IMG/VR virus record: IMGVR_UViG_3300042481_000164
Location: 1-64,000 of that record
Source: a virus
Lineage: Duplodnaviria; Caudoviricetes
Length of the DNA: 64,000 nucleotides
Strand: one strand, 5' to 3'
The translations under genes and the position numbers were made by a program. The notes beneath the pieces were generated by a model that was not told where the DNA came from, made no database searches, and worked only from the letters and a program-made list of their open reading frames with translations. Of the stretch, positions 19,236 through 29,495 are shown piece after piece (within the stretch, counting starts at the first letter, position 1; each line of letters begins with the position of its first letter).

Positions 19236-22200
19236 ATGGCTACATATTTACAAGGTGTAACTGATTACATACCAGATTTTCAACCTTTCCAACCGGATTA
19301 TAATTTCTACATGAATGTTTTGCAAACAAAGCAAAACCAATATGATAGCAATTATAAAGCCTTGAATAATTTATATGGTGAGCTATATCATCAAAGAGTT
19401 ACTAGAGATGATAGTAACAAAATGAAAGATGACTATCTTAAAAAAGTAGACTTTGAACTTAAAAGAGTTTCTGCTTTAGACTTATCATTAGAGCAAAATG
19501 TTGAACAAGCACAGCAAGTTTTCAAACCTTTATATGAAAACAAGCACTTGATGAAAGATATGGCTCTTACAAAAAATTATGATCTTGAAAAAGGTAAAGC
19601 AATGGCTTTACAAAATAGTAAAGATGTTAAGCAAAGGGAGATGTACTGGGATGTGGGTATTAAAGATATGGATTATAGAATAGAAGAGTTTAAAAATATA
19701 TCTAAAGATGATGTATTAACTTTTTCAAATATTACCTATACACCTAATGTTAATGTGTATGAAAAATATAAAACACTTTCTAAAGATTTAAATATTGATA
19801 TTACTTTACCTGATAAATCAGGTATGTATTTAGTTAGACAGAAAAATGGTGATTTAATAATACCATCATTACAAAAACTATTTTTATCTACATATGCTAG
19901 TGATCCAGCAATACAAAAAAAATATACTACAGAAGCTTATGTAAGAAGAAAAGATGATGTAAAACAAAGAGCTGCTAAGTATAACAATAATGAATTGCTT
20001 GCTGAACAAGAGTTTTTAAAAGAAAAATACATAATGCTAAAAGATTATGTAAATCAAAAAACAAAAGATTCAGAAGATGCTGAAGAAGCATCAACAACAA
20101 AAAAAGCAATTGTAGAAAATGATGTTCAAACAGGTGATGTTAACCCAAGACAACCTGCATTTTTAGCTAGAATAAATCAAGCAGTTGAGGTTGATAAAAT
20201 TGTATATGCTCATAATGCAAAGTTAAATGATGAAATTAACTCAAGTGGTTCTTCATTATATGAAGCAAAACCTGTTGGTAATGTTGACGGTTTAGACTTA
20301 AATAATATTGAATTAGCAAGACAGATTGTAGATTCAAATTATGCAAGTTATTTAGCTGAATCAGATATAATATCTTATGCAGGTATATTATCTGAAAGAG
20401 ATAAAATTGTAGATTATAAAGTTAATCAAGTAGGTCTTGAAGAAAGAAGACATATGCATAATCTTCAAAGAGATGCAAACAATAATAATTTTGCATTAAG
20501 AAGAGATCAAATGAAATTTAATAATGATCTTTTACTTGCTCAAGCTAAACAAAAAAGTGAGAAAGAGAACATGATACTTGAGTGGAATTTAGATAATGGA
20601 TTAGCAGAAGTTAAAGATGGTCAAATTGTTCCTGTTCAACCAGAAGGTCAAGAAATAGAAGAATTAGAACCAGGAGATACTGGTTTTAATACTATAGTTG
20701 TACCAAAAGATAACAGAAAATTATTTCTAAGTGGTAATGAAAAACAGTCAACACAATATTTTGATGTTTGGTTAAATACTATTAAGAATGGTATTAATTC
20801 TGGTGAAATTAAAAAATCAGATTTAGCATATTTAATGGGTCAACCATCATCAGCAGCTGATAAAATTTGGGATAAATATGTAAATCAAGCTGATAATAAA
20901 ACAAGTAAAAATGCATTAATTCAAAAGTTATTACTTTCTGCTAAAATATTTGATTTAAAAAAGAGAATGGATGTATGGAGTGATAAACATAGTGCATTAA
21001 GTACAGCAACTACATATTTATCAGATGGTGCTAAAGCAAGATACAGTCTTGATAAAACAAAAGCATCATATACATTACATATGGATGTTAAAAAACAAAA
21101 TGATAACAAAATTAAAAATGCTCTTTATACATCATTAAGTCAAGCAGATTTATCAGAAAAAAGTAAATACTCAATTGTTGATGCCTATATGAAAAACTAC
21201 CGTACTGGTAAATTATATCATGATGAAGACTTTGATGATTTTGTTAATGACTGGTTAGATAAAAATGAAAAAAAATCTGGTGTTACTAAAGTAGATTGGA
21301 AATCAGTTGATCCACGTACTGCTCAATATGCAACACCTACTAAAGTTAAAGGTCAAACTTCTTTTGCAAAATTATTAAATGATGCATATGATAAAATTAC
21401 AAGTAACCCTAATCATAAAGTAGGTTTATTATCCTATAGAAATACAGAAGTTACATCACAGGATGGTCAGGCAACAATTGGAGCTAGACCAACTTCAGTA
21501 GCAGTTACTTTTGGTAGAAAAGATGATAATTTAACTATGTTTAATCAGTTTGTTAGTGATTTAAAAAGTTTAAATTTTACCAATGATCCTGATAATTATA
21601 GAGTTTCTACTAAAGGAAATGTTTTAGAAAAAGATTTTGAAGTAAGTGATCCTGATAAAATTAGAAAAATGAAAAGCTTAATGTTTGACTTACAACAGTT
21701 AAGCAAACAAAAAGGTCAGAAAGATAAACCGGATGTAATAAAATTAGTTCAGCATCCTGTTGCAATGGAGAATCCTGATTTAGGAGCAATGAGTGTTAAA
21801 AACATTCCGCTCAATATGATTGAAAAATATTTTAAAGGTGATGATAAGACTATAGCAGAAATCCAAGCTAATGGTATTACATTTATGGCACCAGAAAAAA
21901 GTTGGAACAATAGTTTATTTCAGTCAAATAAAATTACTCCTTTTGAAATGAGTTTAAATACTGGTAAAAGTATTCAATATGTAGATCCATTATATGGTCA
22001 TAAGTTGATTGTAACAAGAGATAAAGTAACAGGTACTTATTCATTAACAAAACAACTTAATAGTGTTGATGAAAGTGGTAATAGTGTTGTAGAATCATCT
22101 TCTCAAATCATCCGTCCTTTTGGAAATAACATTGATGCTCAAATTGAAAAAACTGTAGATGAGTTTGCTAATTGGTCAAAAACAATGGAAGGTAACTTTA

Positions 22201-22295
22201 AATATTTTCAACAATCAAACAATACAGAAGCAGTACAAAAAATGCAATCTGCTTTTGGTAAAACAATAAAAAATTCAGGATTTAAAATATTGTAA
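19236..22295 (+). CDS. virion cargo/ejection protein
   Basis: 1019 aa, Cys-free and helical; MATY...QPFQPDYNF start; directly precedes the giant genes. Confidence 0.55.
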   Translation: MATYLQGVTDYIPDFQPFQPDYNFYMNVLQTKQNQYDSNYKALNNLYGELYHQRVTRDDSNKMKDDYLKKVDFELKRVSALDLSLEQNVEQAQQVFKPLYENKHLMKDMALTKNYDLEKGKAMALQNSKDVKQREMYWDVGIKDMDYRIEEFKNISKDDVLTFSNITYTPNVNVYEKYKTLSKDLNIDITLPDKSGMYLVRQKNGDLIIPSLQKLFLSTYASDPAIQKKYTTEAYVRRKDDVKQRAAKYNNNELLAEQEFLKEKYIMLKDYVNQKTKDSEDAEEASTTKKAIVENDVQTGDVNPRQPAFLARINQAVEVDKIVYAHNAKLNDEINSSGSSLYEAKPVGNVDGLDLNNIELARQIVDSNYASYLAESDIISYAGILSERDKIVDYKVNQVGLEERRHMHNLQRDANNNNFALRRDQMKFNNDLLLAQAKQKSEKENMILEWNLDNGLAEVKDGQIVPVQPEGQEIEELEPGDTGFNTIVVPKDNRKLFLSGNEKQSTQYFDVWLNTIKNGINSGEIKKSDLAYLMGQPSSAADKIWDKYVNQADNKTSKNALIQKLLLSAKIFDLKKRMDVWSDKHSALSTATTYLSDGAKARYSLDKTKASYTLHMDVKKQNDNKIKNALYTSLSQADLSEKSKYSIVDAYMKNYRTGKLYHDEDFDDFVNDWLDKNEKKSGVTKVDWKSVDPRTAQYATPTKVKGQTSFAKLLNDAYDKITSNPNHKVGLLSYRNTEVTSQDGQATIGARPTSVAVTFGRKDDNLTMFNQFVSDLKSLNFTNDPDNYRVSTKGNVLEKDFEVSDPDKIRKMKSLMFDLQQLSKQKGQKDKPDVIKLVQHPVAMENPDLGAMSVKNIPLNMIEKYFKGDDKTIAEIQANGITFMAPEKSWNNSLFQSNKITPFEMSLNTGKSIQYVDPLYGHKLIVTRDKVTGTYSLTKQLNSVDESGNSVVESSSQIIRPFGNNIDAQIEKTVDEFANWSKTMEGNFKYFQQSNNTEAVQKMQSAFGKTIKNSGFKIL

Positions 22296-22297
22296 TA

Positions 22298-25200
22298 ATG
22301 GCTAAAAATAGATTCACTTCTTTTACACAATTTGAGGGTAACAATCTTTCAAATACTAGTAAGGTACCAGATATAAATGAACAAAAATATGGTGTGACTC
22401 CTAATGCACCTAAAGTTATTACTAAACCAACTTTTGTTGGACCAGACCAAGCTAAAAATTTATTAGCTGAATCAAAACTAAGAAGTAATGCTTTACTTGA
22501 TGCAAATGAATATGGTAAAACTTTTACTTTTGATAATAGTCCTACAAGTGCATCTTTTAAAGCAAGATATAAAGCTTATGGTCAAGATACATATAACAGA
22601 ATAGGTTTTGATCCTGATATCAATAATGAAGATATTTATAATAAAAATACTTCAACCTTTGATGATATGAAAAGATGGTTTAAACATTCAGCTGCACCAA
22701 TGGTGGGGCTGGGGTTTATGGCACCAATTCATTCCTACGGCAAGCTCTTAGGTTCTGGAGATGTAGGAGCAGACAGACAAGAAGCAAAAGATTATGAATA
22801 CTACAACTCTATAGGTTATTCATCTAGAGGAGGTATTGGTGGATTTGCTACTAACTTATTAAACTCTGTATCTTATTCAGCAGGTATCTTATTAGAGGGT
22901 GCAGTAGAAGGAGCTATGGTTAGTGGTGCTGTAGGAGCAGCAACTGGAGGTGAGTTAAATTTATTAGGTGGGGCACTTGGTGGTGTTAAAGCTTTAACAA
23001 AATTACCATCTGCATTAATTCAATCTACTAAGAATATTGGTAAAATAGCTCAGTCATTAAAGAATCTTAAAAACATTAGCAATGCAAAAAACTTTTGGCA
23101 AAGTGCTGGTGAGTTAGGAGTAAAAACTTTAGAAAAAGTTAACCCATTAGAAAATACATTTGATGCTGTTAAGAGTTTAAGTCAAGTTCAAGATATGTCA
23201 AAACTTGCAAAAACAGCTAGAACAGCTGGTGCTTTTTGGCATGATGTTATGAGTATGAACATGGCATTATCTGAAGGTAGACTTGAAGGTGGTTTTTCAG
23301 AACAAAATGTGTATAATAAATTATATAATGATTATTATGCTAAAAATGGTAAAGCTCCATCTGGAGAGTTACAAACTAATATGATGCTTCAAGCTAAAGA
23401 AGCTGGTTTTAAGAATACTCTTTACAACACAGGTTTAGTATTTTATTCAAATAAAATTGCATTCCCTTCAATCACAAGAGCAAAATTTTTAAAAGGGGCA
23501 CCTAAATTTAATTTTGGTAAAGTAGTTGGTGAAGTAGGTAAGGAATTTCAAATTATATTTAATCCTGCAGATGACATTGCAAAGGCTACATATACCAAAG
23601 AAGCAATAACTTTTAAGAATTCACTTAAAGCTTTAAAAAGCCCTAAACAATGGGGTAAATTAGGTTTGAATTATTTTACAGCAAACTTAGTAGAAGGTGT
23701 TCAAGAAATTGGTCAGGAAGCTTTAGCTGCTGCAACTGAGAAATATTATACTGATACTTTTAACAATCCTTCTGTAAGGGGTTATAAGTATGGTATGGGA
23801 GCTTTAATGGATGGTTTAGGTAAACAATTAAATACCCAAGGTGCTGAAACATTTGCTTCAGGTTTTTTAATGGGTGGTTTATTAGAAGGACCTAGTAAAA
23901 TGTTTAAGTTTGGTACTAAAAATTTTAGTAGAATTTTTAAAGATAAAGCTGTTTATGATGAGTATGTAAAACAAAGAGAAGTTCAAGCTGATGCTATTGT
24001 AAACTCTTTGAACAACATGCATAAAAATGCAAAATACTTTTTTGATCCAAGAATAAATAATTATTCAAATCAGATGTTGACTGCTAAAATGGTAGACAAT
24101 CCTGATGATGTTGAGACAAAACAATTAAAAGATGCTGAGTTTGCAACCTTTCAAAGTTCAGTAATTACTGCTTTAAGAACAGGTACTTTTGATACATTCA
24201 TTGATAATCTAGCAGAATATAAAAATACTACACCTGAAGAGTTAGAACAAGCTTGGTCATTAGAACCAGGACAAGGACAGAAAGCATTACAAAATATTGA
24301 TAAGGCTATCAATTCTGCAAAAATAACAGCAGAAAGATATAAAATTGGACAAAATAAATTTAAAGATTTTGTTGACCCAAAAAAATTTAAAGAAGATTCT
24401 CCAGAATACAATGCTGCTATAATCTATAACAAAGCTTATGAAGAATCTATTAGTAGTTTAGTTTTTTTACAAAGTGCATTTGATAATAATCTTGATAGAT
24501 TAGGTAAATTATATGGAGAATTAGATAAGTTAAAATCTATTTCTGGTAATGCTTTTTCAAATTTTAGTGTAATAACAGATCCTGTTAAGTTAAATTCTCA
24601 AATAAATTATTTAAAACAAGAGATTGAATCTGGTGTTACATCAACTATGCCAGAAGCTATAGCTGAAGTAAGACAGAAAAGAGAAGTATTAGCTGCTTTA
24701 AATAAATTTCAACAAGCTCAAGATAATAATACAGGTGAAAATTTACAAAAAATAAAAGATGTAGTAGCTGGAAAAGCTGAAGTAACACCTGAAATAAATG
24801 AATATTTTCAAGCTTTTGGAGAATTACTTGAAGCAATAGCCGGTTCTGAAGAGAAAAAAGTTGATTTAAGACAAGAGATTGATAAAATGGGTGGTCCTGA
24901 TGCTTTATTTGCATCATTACTTGACATTCATTTATTAAAAAATGATAGAATAAATACTGCAAAATATATAAACATTCTTGCTGACCCTGCAGGTTTTTAT
25001 GAAAGTGTGAATAAAAACTTTGAGTGGATGAAAAGAATGTATGATAATAGAAAAGAATATTACAAAGATATTGTAAATCAAGAGATTGCAAATGTTGAGA
25101 GAAATGAAATCTTAAACACATTAGCATCTGATGGTATTTTTGTTGACTTAGAAGAATTTGCAAAATTTATAGAAGATCCTGAAAACTATTTACCAGAGTA

Positions 25201-28200
25201 TTTTATTGATACTACTAAAGAAATGGTTATTAATAAGGATAGTATTCTTTATGAAGATTATGCTAAAATATTTTTGACAGCGGCTGTTTTAGCTCAAAGA
25301 AAACCTGCAGGTAATCCTGCTACTGAAAAACAAAAACTTGATGATGAGTTAACTGATCTAGCAAAAGATAAAAATAATGAGTTAGTTTCTGCTTTAGCAG
25401 ACTATGATCAAGCTTTTACTAATGAAGTAGGTATGTCTGTACAAGACGCTACCACACAAAATCAAGAGGCTTTAGAAAATAATACTGACTTAGAAGAACA
25501 ACAAAAGACAGCTACTGAAAAAATTACAAAGCTTCAGGACTTACTTGAAGTAATTGCTAAAGATCCGGTAGACACTAATGCTATAGTAGAACTTGCTGAA
25601 GAATTATTAACTCAGGAAGAACTTCTATTAACAGAAGATGATATAGATGTTGATACTATAAATGCTATTGCCAGCCGTAAATTTAAAAGACCTAAAGCTG
25701 GCTCTAAAGAAACTATTATTGATGATGCAGTTTCTGTAATATATGTTTTAACTGAAAAATCTCCTTTATTAGTAGCTCAAAAAATTGATGAACAAAAAGA
25801 AATACTTAACAAACAACAAAAATCTGTAATTGATATTGAGAATACTAAAAGTTACAAAGTATATCAAGAAAGAGTATCTCAAATAAATGAAAGATATGAT
25901 GCATTAGAAGCTCAGATACTTGACAAGTATAAAGAAAAAGGTGTAGATAAAAATACTGTAGATGCTTTTACTTCAGAAATGGGGTATGATAATTTTCCAC
26001 CAGACTTACAAGCACAACTTGATAAAGCATTTGATGATTACTTGATTAATGAAGAAATTGAGGCTGATCCAAAAAGTTTAATGGATACTAATTTTGATAA
26101 GTATCAAAACATGAGACGGAACTGGCTGGAAAATAAAAGTGGAGAAGGACAGGTAATAATTAATAAATACAATGAGCAAGTAAAAGCAGAAGGTGCAGCA
26201 AGAGCTGAGGCTTTGACTAAACCTCCTGTATTGACTTCTAGAATTTTTAAAAACCTAAAAATTGATGCTACTATTCCTATTGGAACTTTAAATGCTATCA
26301 TAGATAAACTTGAGTCTACTGTAAATACTAAAATTTTTAATAGTGGTACTAATGAAGTAAAACTATCAGAACAAGACATTAAAGAAATCACGGAGGATAT
26401 TGAGAAACTTAAAACTTTCCTACAGTACAAACAAGGGAACTTACAACCTGTTACACTACAAGAAAAAGTATTCAAAAGCTTTAAACAAAATGTAGCAGCT
26501 AAACAAGATGAGTTAGTAGATGTATTTGATGAAGATGGTAATAAGATAGGTAGAAAATTTGCAGATGATCCTGATTCTAAACTTACTACAAGAGTTACTT
26601 CAATTTCTGATAAGATTGCTACTGAAATTACTGGAGAAACGGCCTATGTATACTCTGATGAATACATAGATCAATTAAGTAATGCTTTCTTTTCTGAGTA
26701 TAATACTGCTCTTAAAAAAGGTGATACTGATGCATTCAATAAAGCTTGGTCTGTGTTTACAAATTTGGCTAGAACAAATAACAAACAGTTTAACAATCCT
26801 GAGAAGCAAGCTAAAATTAGAGAGTCTTTAGAGTTAAATACAACTGAAGAAAACTTTAAAAAGTTACTAAAAGCTGAAGCACATTCAAACAATGCTAAAG
26901 CTGGAACAAGACTGGATGCTACTGTAAGAAGATTCTTCACGGTTGATTTTGATAAATCTACAGAGGATACAACTGCTTGGATGGACTTAAAATATAGTGA
27001 CACTATAGATGTTGATGGTGTTGAAATGAAAATTTCAGATATCATGAGTGAGTCAGCTTTTGAAAATTTATTTGGTCTTAGAGGTATTGTTACTAGATTT
27101 AGATCTGATTTAGATGCTAAAGGCTTTTTCCCATTAACAAACAATGTAAAGCTATTTGATAAAACTTTATTGGAGAATGGTGTATCTGGTGAAACTGATA
27201 TAGTCTTAATCAATACTAAAGGTGAAATTACTATTGTAGATATTAAAACTGCTACCTCATGGAATGGTTTTAATAATCCTAATAGTTGGAAAAATGTAGC
27301 ATATAGAGCACAGCTTTCTATTTATAGAAACTTGTATCATAATATGACAGGTCAAATACCTAAGATTGCTTTATTTCCAATATTAGTAGCCCTTGGTAAA
27401 AATGGTTCTTCTTATATTGACGGTGTATCTGTAGGTGGAGAAAAAACTACAACTGCACCATTGGTTCCACTTGTTCCAAATAATGCTAAATTATTCAATA
27501 CACTAGAGCTTGAATACCTACCTGAAGTAGAAACTCAAGGAGGTATTACTTTAACTAAACCTGAAGAACCTGTTCAAACTGAAACTATTACAGAAACAGA
27601 ACCAGAAGCAGTAGAAAAACCATTTACACAACTAACTCCTTCTGACACAAATAAAGTATCACTTACAGACAATGTAGGTAAACAAGTAGTTTATAATGGT
27701 AAAGTGGGAACTTTAGTTTTACAAGATGATGGTTCTTATGCTGTAGAAATTGATTTAAGTGCTGAAGCAGAATTTAATAATGAACTATTATCCGGATTAA
27801 AAGCTGATTTGGCTTTTGAAAATGGGGAATTTGGTAATCCTGAAAGAGCTGCTGAAATCACAAAACAAATTGAGGCTATAGAAAAAAGTCAAACAGGAAA
27901 AGAAATATATCCTGTTACAGCTGACAGTAAAAATGTTACTGATGGTAATATTGAATTGACAAGTGCTGGTATATCTTTAATAACACCTATAGAAAATATA
28001 GGTCAAGTGTCTATGGTTAGCAATCAAATAATTGATGCTAGATTTGAAAATGAAGATGAATCTATTGCTATTGTAAATGGTGTTAGATACAATGTTGAAA
28101 GAAATGCTTTAGGTGAAATAACTAAACTTACTTATTATAAGAATGAAAAAAGAAGAAATGAAATTGATGACTTTATTTTAGAGCTTAATAAAATTATTAA

Positions 28201-29494
28201 GTCTGAAAGAAGCATAATGAGATCTTCTAAATCTCCAAATAAAAGTTTAAATAAAATTGCAAAAGCTAAAGATAAAATAAAGGATCTTGAACTTGAAAGA
28301 TCTAAATTATCTACAGAAGATGTGGTTATTGTATATGGTGATAATAATAATGATGTAATATTTGCATTAAACAGATTACCTAACAAATTCCAAAAAAATA
28401 AAACAAGCAAGACTGGAGCTGATACTCAAAAAGAGTTAAAACAAATAGCTGCTTTATCAGAGGCTTCTCCTAAAGTAGAAGAAGAAATAGCTCTAATAAT
28501 GAGTCAGAACTTTCCAGAAGAATTAAATACTTTATTTGCAAAAGGTATTTCTGAATTTAAAGGAAAAAGTAAAGAACTTGCAAAAATTAAAAATTGGATA
28601 AATGATACAATACAAAAATTAAGAGACTATAAACTTGGTGATGATACATTAGGTAAAGAATCAGTAAATAGAAAAATAAATGTATTGTCAGAATTACTAA
28701 ATAATTTAAATTTAATTAATTTAACTGCTACAAATAGAGTAGCTAAACAACAACCATATGAACAAGAACTCAACAAACTCTTTGGATCAGAAGCAGAAGT
28801 ACAATCCGGGACTGGTATACCTAATGTTCAAATCCCTACCGGAGAACAAACAGAGGGTGTTTCTGGACAAACAAGCGGAGGACAAACGCAAGAAATCTCA
28901 ATTGATGAACTCAAAAAAATAGTTACATCATCAGTAGAAGAACTTGAAGGTTTAGAGTCTGAAGCAACTGTAGTTGATAAGGCAGTAGAAGCTTTTGCAA
29001 AAATTAAAGATTTAGAATCTTTATATGCTAAAAAGCTTGAGTTAATTAAAAATATTAACAGCAATAAACTTAGTCAAGGTCAAATAAATACTGCTTATGA
29101 CACTAGATTAGCAGAGTTAGAAAAAAATGTTGACATTGCATCATTAAAACCAAATGATATTTTGCAAGATGTTACTAACTTTACAAATCAAGATTCTCCT
29201 GTACAAGTAGCAAAAGTTAACAAAAATTCTGTTATATTAAAGTATGGAGATGTTACTCAAGAAGTAACTGAAGAAGAGCTTGTAAATAACTTTGTTAAAC
29301 CTACTAATGAACCTACTATGGAAGAAGTTGTAAAACCTTCACAAGAAACTGTTGATGCTTCAGAACAAACTAAAACTGATGCTAAAATCTTTTTTGAAAA
29401 TAAAAAAACTGAAGCTTCTGACTATAAAGAAGCAACAGAATCAAATGAAGATGATTTATTTAAAAACCTAGAAAATAATTCAAAAACTTGTTAA
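22298..29494 (+). CDS. giant ejection protein 1 with N-terminal membrane-like Gly/Ala segment and internal PD-(D/E)xK nuclease domain
   Basis: 2398 aa; hydrophobic G/A-rich stretch near aa 180-230; GVSGETD-x-VDIKT...YRAQLSIY nuclease motifs; its only Cys is the last residue. Confidence 0.65.
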   Translation: MAKNRFTSFTQFEGNNLSNTSKVPDINEQKYGVTPNAPKVITKPTFVGPDQAKNLLAESKLRSNALLDANEYGKTFTFDNSPTSASFKARYKAYGQDTYNRIGFDPDINNEDIYNKNTSTFDDMKRWFKHSAAPMVGLGFMAPIHSYGKLLGSGDVGADRQEAKDYEYYNSIGYSSRGGIGGFATNLLNSVSYSAGILLEGAVEGAMVSGAVGAATGGELNLLGGALGGVKALTKLPSALIQSTKNIGKIAQSLKNLKNISNAKNFWQSAGELGVKTLEKVNPLENTFDAVKSLSQVQDMSKLAKTARTAGAFWHDVMSMNMALSEGRLEGGFSEQNVYNKLYNDYYAKNGKAPSGELQTNMMLQAKEAGFKNTLYNTGLVFYSNKIAFPSITRAKFLKGAPKFNFGKVVGEVGKEFQIIFNPADDIAKATYTKEAITFKNSLKALKSPKQWGKLGLNYFTANLVEGVQEIGQEALAAATEKYYTDTFNNPSVRGYKYGMGALMDGLGKQLNTQGAETFASGFLMGGLLEGPSKMFKFGTKNFSRIFKDKAVYDEYVKQREVQADAIVNSLNNMHKNAKYFFDPRINNYSNQMLTAKMVDNPDDVETKQLKDAEFATFQSSVITALRTGTFDTFIDNLAEYKNTTPEELEQAWSLEPGQGQKALQNIDKAINSAKITAERYKIGQNKFKDFVDPKKFKEDSPEYNAAIIYNKAYEESISSLVFLQSAFDNNLDRLGKLYGELDKLKSISGNAFSNFSVITDPVKLNSQINYLKQEIESGVTSTMPEAIAEVRQKREVLAALNKFQQAQDNNTGENLQKIKDVVAGKAEVTPEINEYFQAFGELLEAIAGSEEKKVDLRQEIDKMGGPDALFASLLDIHLLKNDRINTAKYINILADPAGFYESVNKNFEWMKRMYDNRKEYYKDIVNQEIANVERNEILNTLASDGIFVDLEEFAKFIEDPENYLPEYFIDTTKEMVINKDSILYEDYAKIFLTAAVLAQRKPAGNPATEKQKLDDELTDLAKDKNNELVSALADYDQAFTNEVGMSVQDATTQNQEALENNTDLEEQQKTATEKITKLQDLLEVIAKDPVDTNAIVELAEELLTQEELLLTEDDIDVDTINAIASRKFKRPKAGSKETIIDDAVSVIYVLTEKSPLLVAQKIDEQKEILNKQQKSVIDIENTKSYKVYQERVSQINERYDALEAQILDKYKEKGVDKNTVDAFTSEMGYDNFPPDLQAQLDKAFDDYLINEEIEADPKSLMDTNFDKYQNMRRNWLENKSGEGQVIINKYNEQVKAEGAARAEALTKPPVLTSRIFKNLKIDATIPIGTLNAIIDKLESTVNTKIFNSGTNEVKLSEQDIKEITEDIEKLKTFLQYKQGNLQPVTLQEKVFKSFKQNVAAKQDELVDVFDEDGNKIGRKFADDPDSKLTTRVTSISDKIATEITGETAYVYSDEYIDQLSNAFFSEYNTALKKGDTDAFNKAWSVFTNLARTNNKQFNNPEKQAKIRESLELNTTEENFKKLLKAEAHSNNAKAGTRLDATVRRFFTVDFDKSTEDTTAWMDLKYSDTIDVDGVEMKISDIMSESAFENLFGLRGIVTRFRSDLDAKGFFPLTNNVKLFDKTLLENGVSGETDIVLINTKGEITIVDIKTATSWNGFNNPNSWKNVAYRAQLSIYRNLYHNMTGQIPKIALFPILVALGKNGSSYIDGVSVGGEKTTTAPLVPLVPNNAKLFNTLELEYLPEVETQGGITLTKPEEPVQTETITETEPEAVEKPFTQLTPSDTNKVSLTDNVGKQVVYNGKVGTLVLQDDGSYAVEIDLSAEAEFNNELLSGLKADLAFENGEFGNPERAAEITKQIEAIEKSQTGKEIYPVTADSKNVTDGNIELTSAGISLITPIENIGQVSMVSNQIIDARFENEDESIAIVNGVRYNVERNALGEITKLTYYKNEKRRNEIDDFILELNKIIKSERSIMRSSKSPNKSLNKIAKAKDKIKDLELERSKLSTEDVVIVYGDNNNDVIFALNRLPNKFQKNKTSKTGADTQKELKQIAALSEASPKVEEEIALIMSQNFPEELNTLFAKGISEFKGKSKELAKIKNWINDTIQKLRDYKLGDDTLGKESVNRKINVLSELLNNLNLINLTATNRVAKQQPYEQELNKLFGSEAEVQSGTGIPNVQIPTGEQTEGVSGQTSGGQTQEISIDELKKIVTSSVEELEGLESEATVVDKAVEAFAKIKDLESLYAKKLELIKNINSNKLSQGQINTAYDTRLAELEKNVDIASLKPNDILQDVTNFTNQDSPVQVAKVNKNSVILKYGDVTQEVTEEELVNNFVKPTNEPTMEEVVKPSQETVDASEQTKTDAKIFFENKKTEASDYKEATESNEDDLFKNLENNSKTC
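28758..28922 (+). CDS. candidate nested 54-aa ORF in the +1 frame of giant protein 1
   Basis: ATG...TAG reads MNKNSTNSLDQKQKYNPGLVYLMFKSLPENKQRVFLDKQAEDKRKKSQLMNSKK. It has an A-rich leader, and the host frame shows atypical codons over the same span. Confidence 0.4.
   Translation: MNKNSTNSLDQKQKYNPGLVYLMFKSLPENKQRVFLDKQAEDKRKKSQLMNSKK
29287..29308 (+). promoter_or_regulatory. candidate internal promoter upstream of the RNAP gene
   Basis: TAACTTTGTTAAACCTACTAAT matches the intergenic site at 2821 (TATATTTGTTAAACTAACTAAT) at 18 of 22 positions. Confidence 0.4.
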
Positions 29495-29495
29495 T

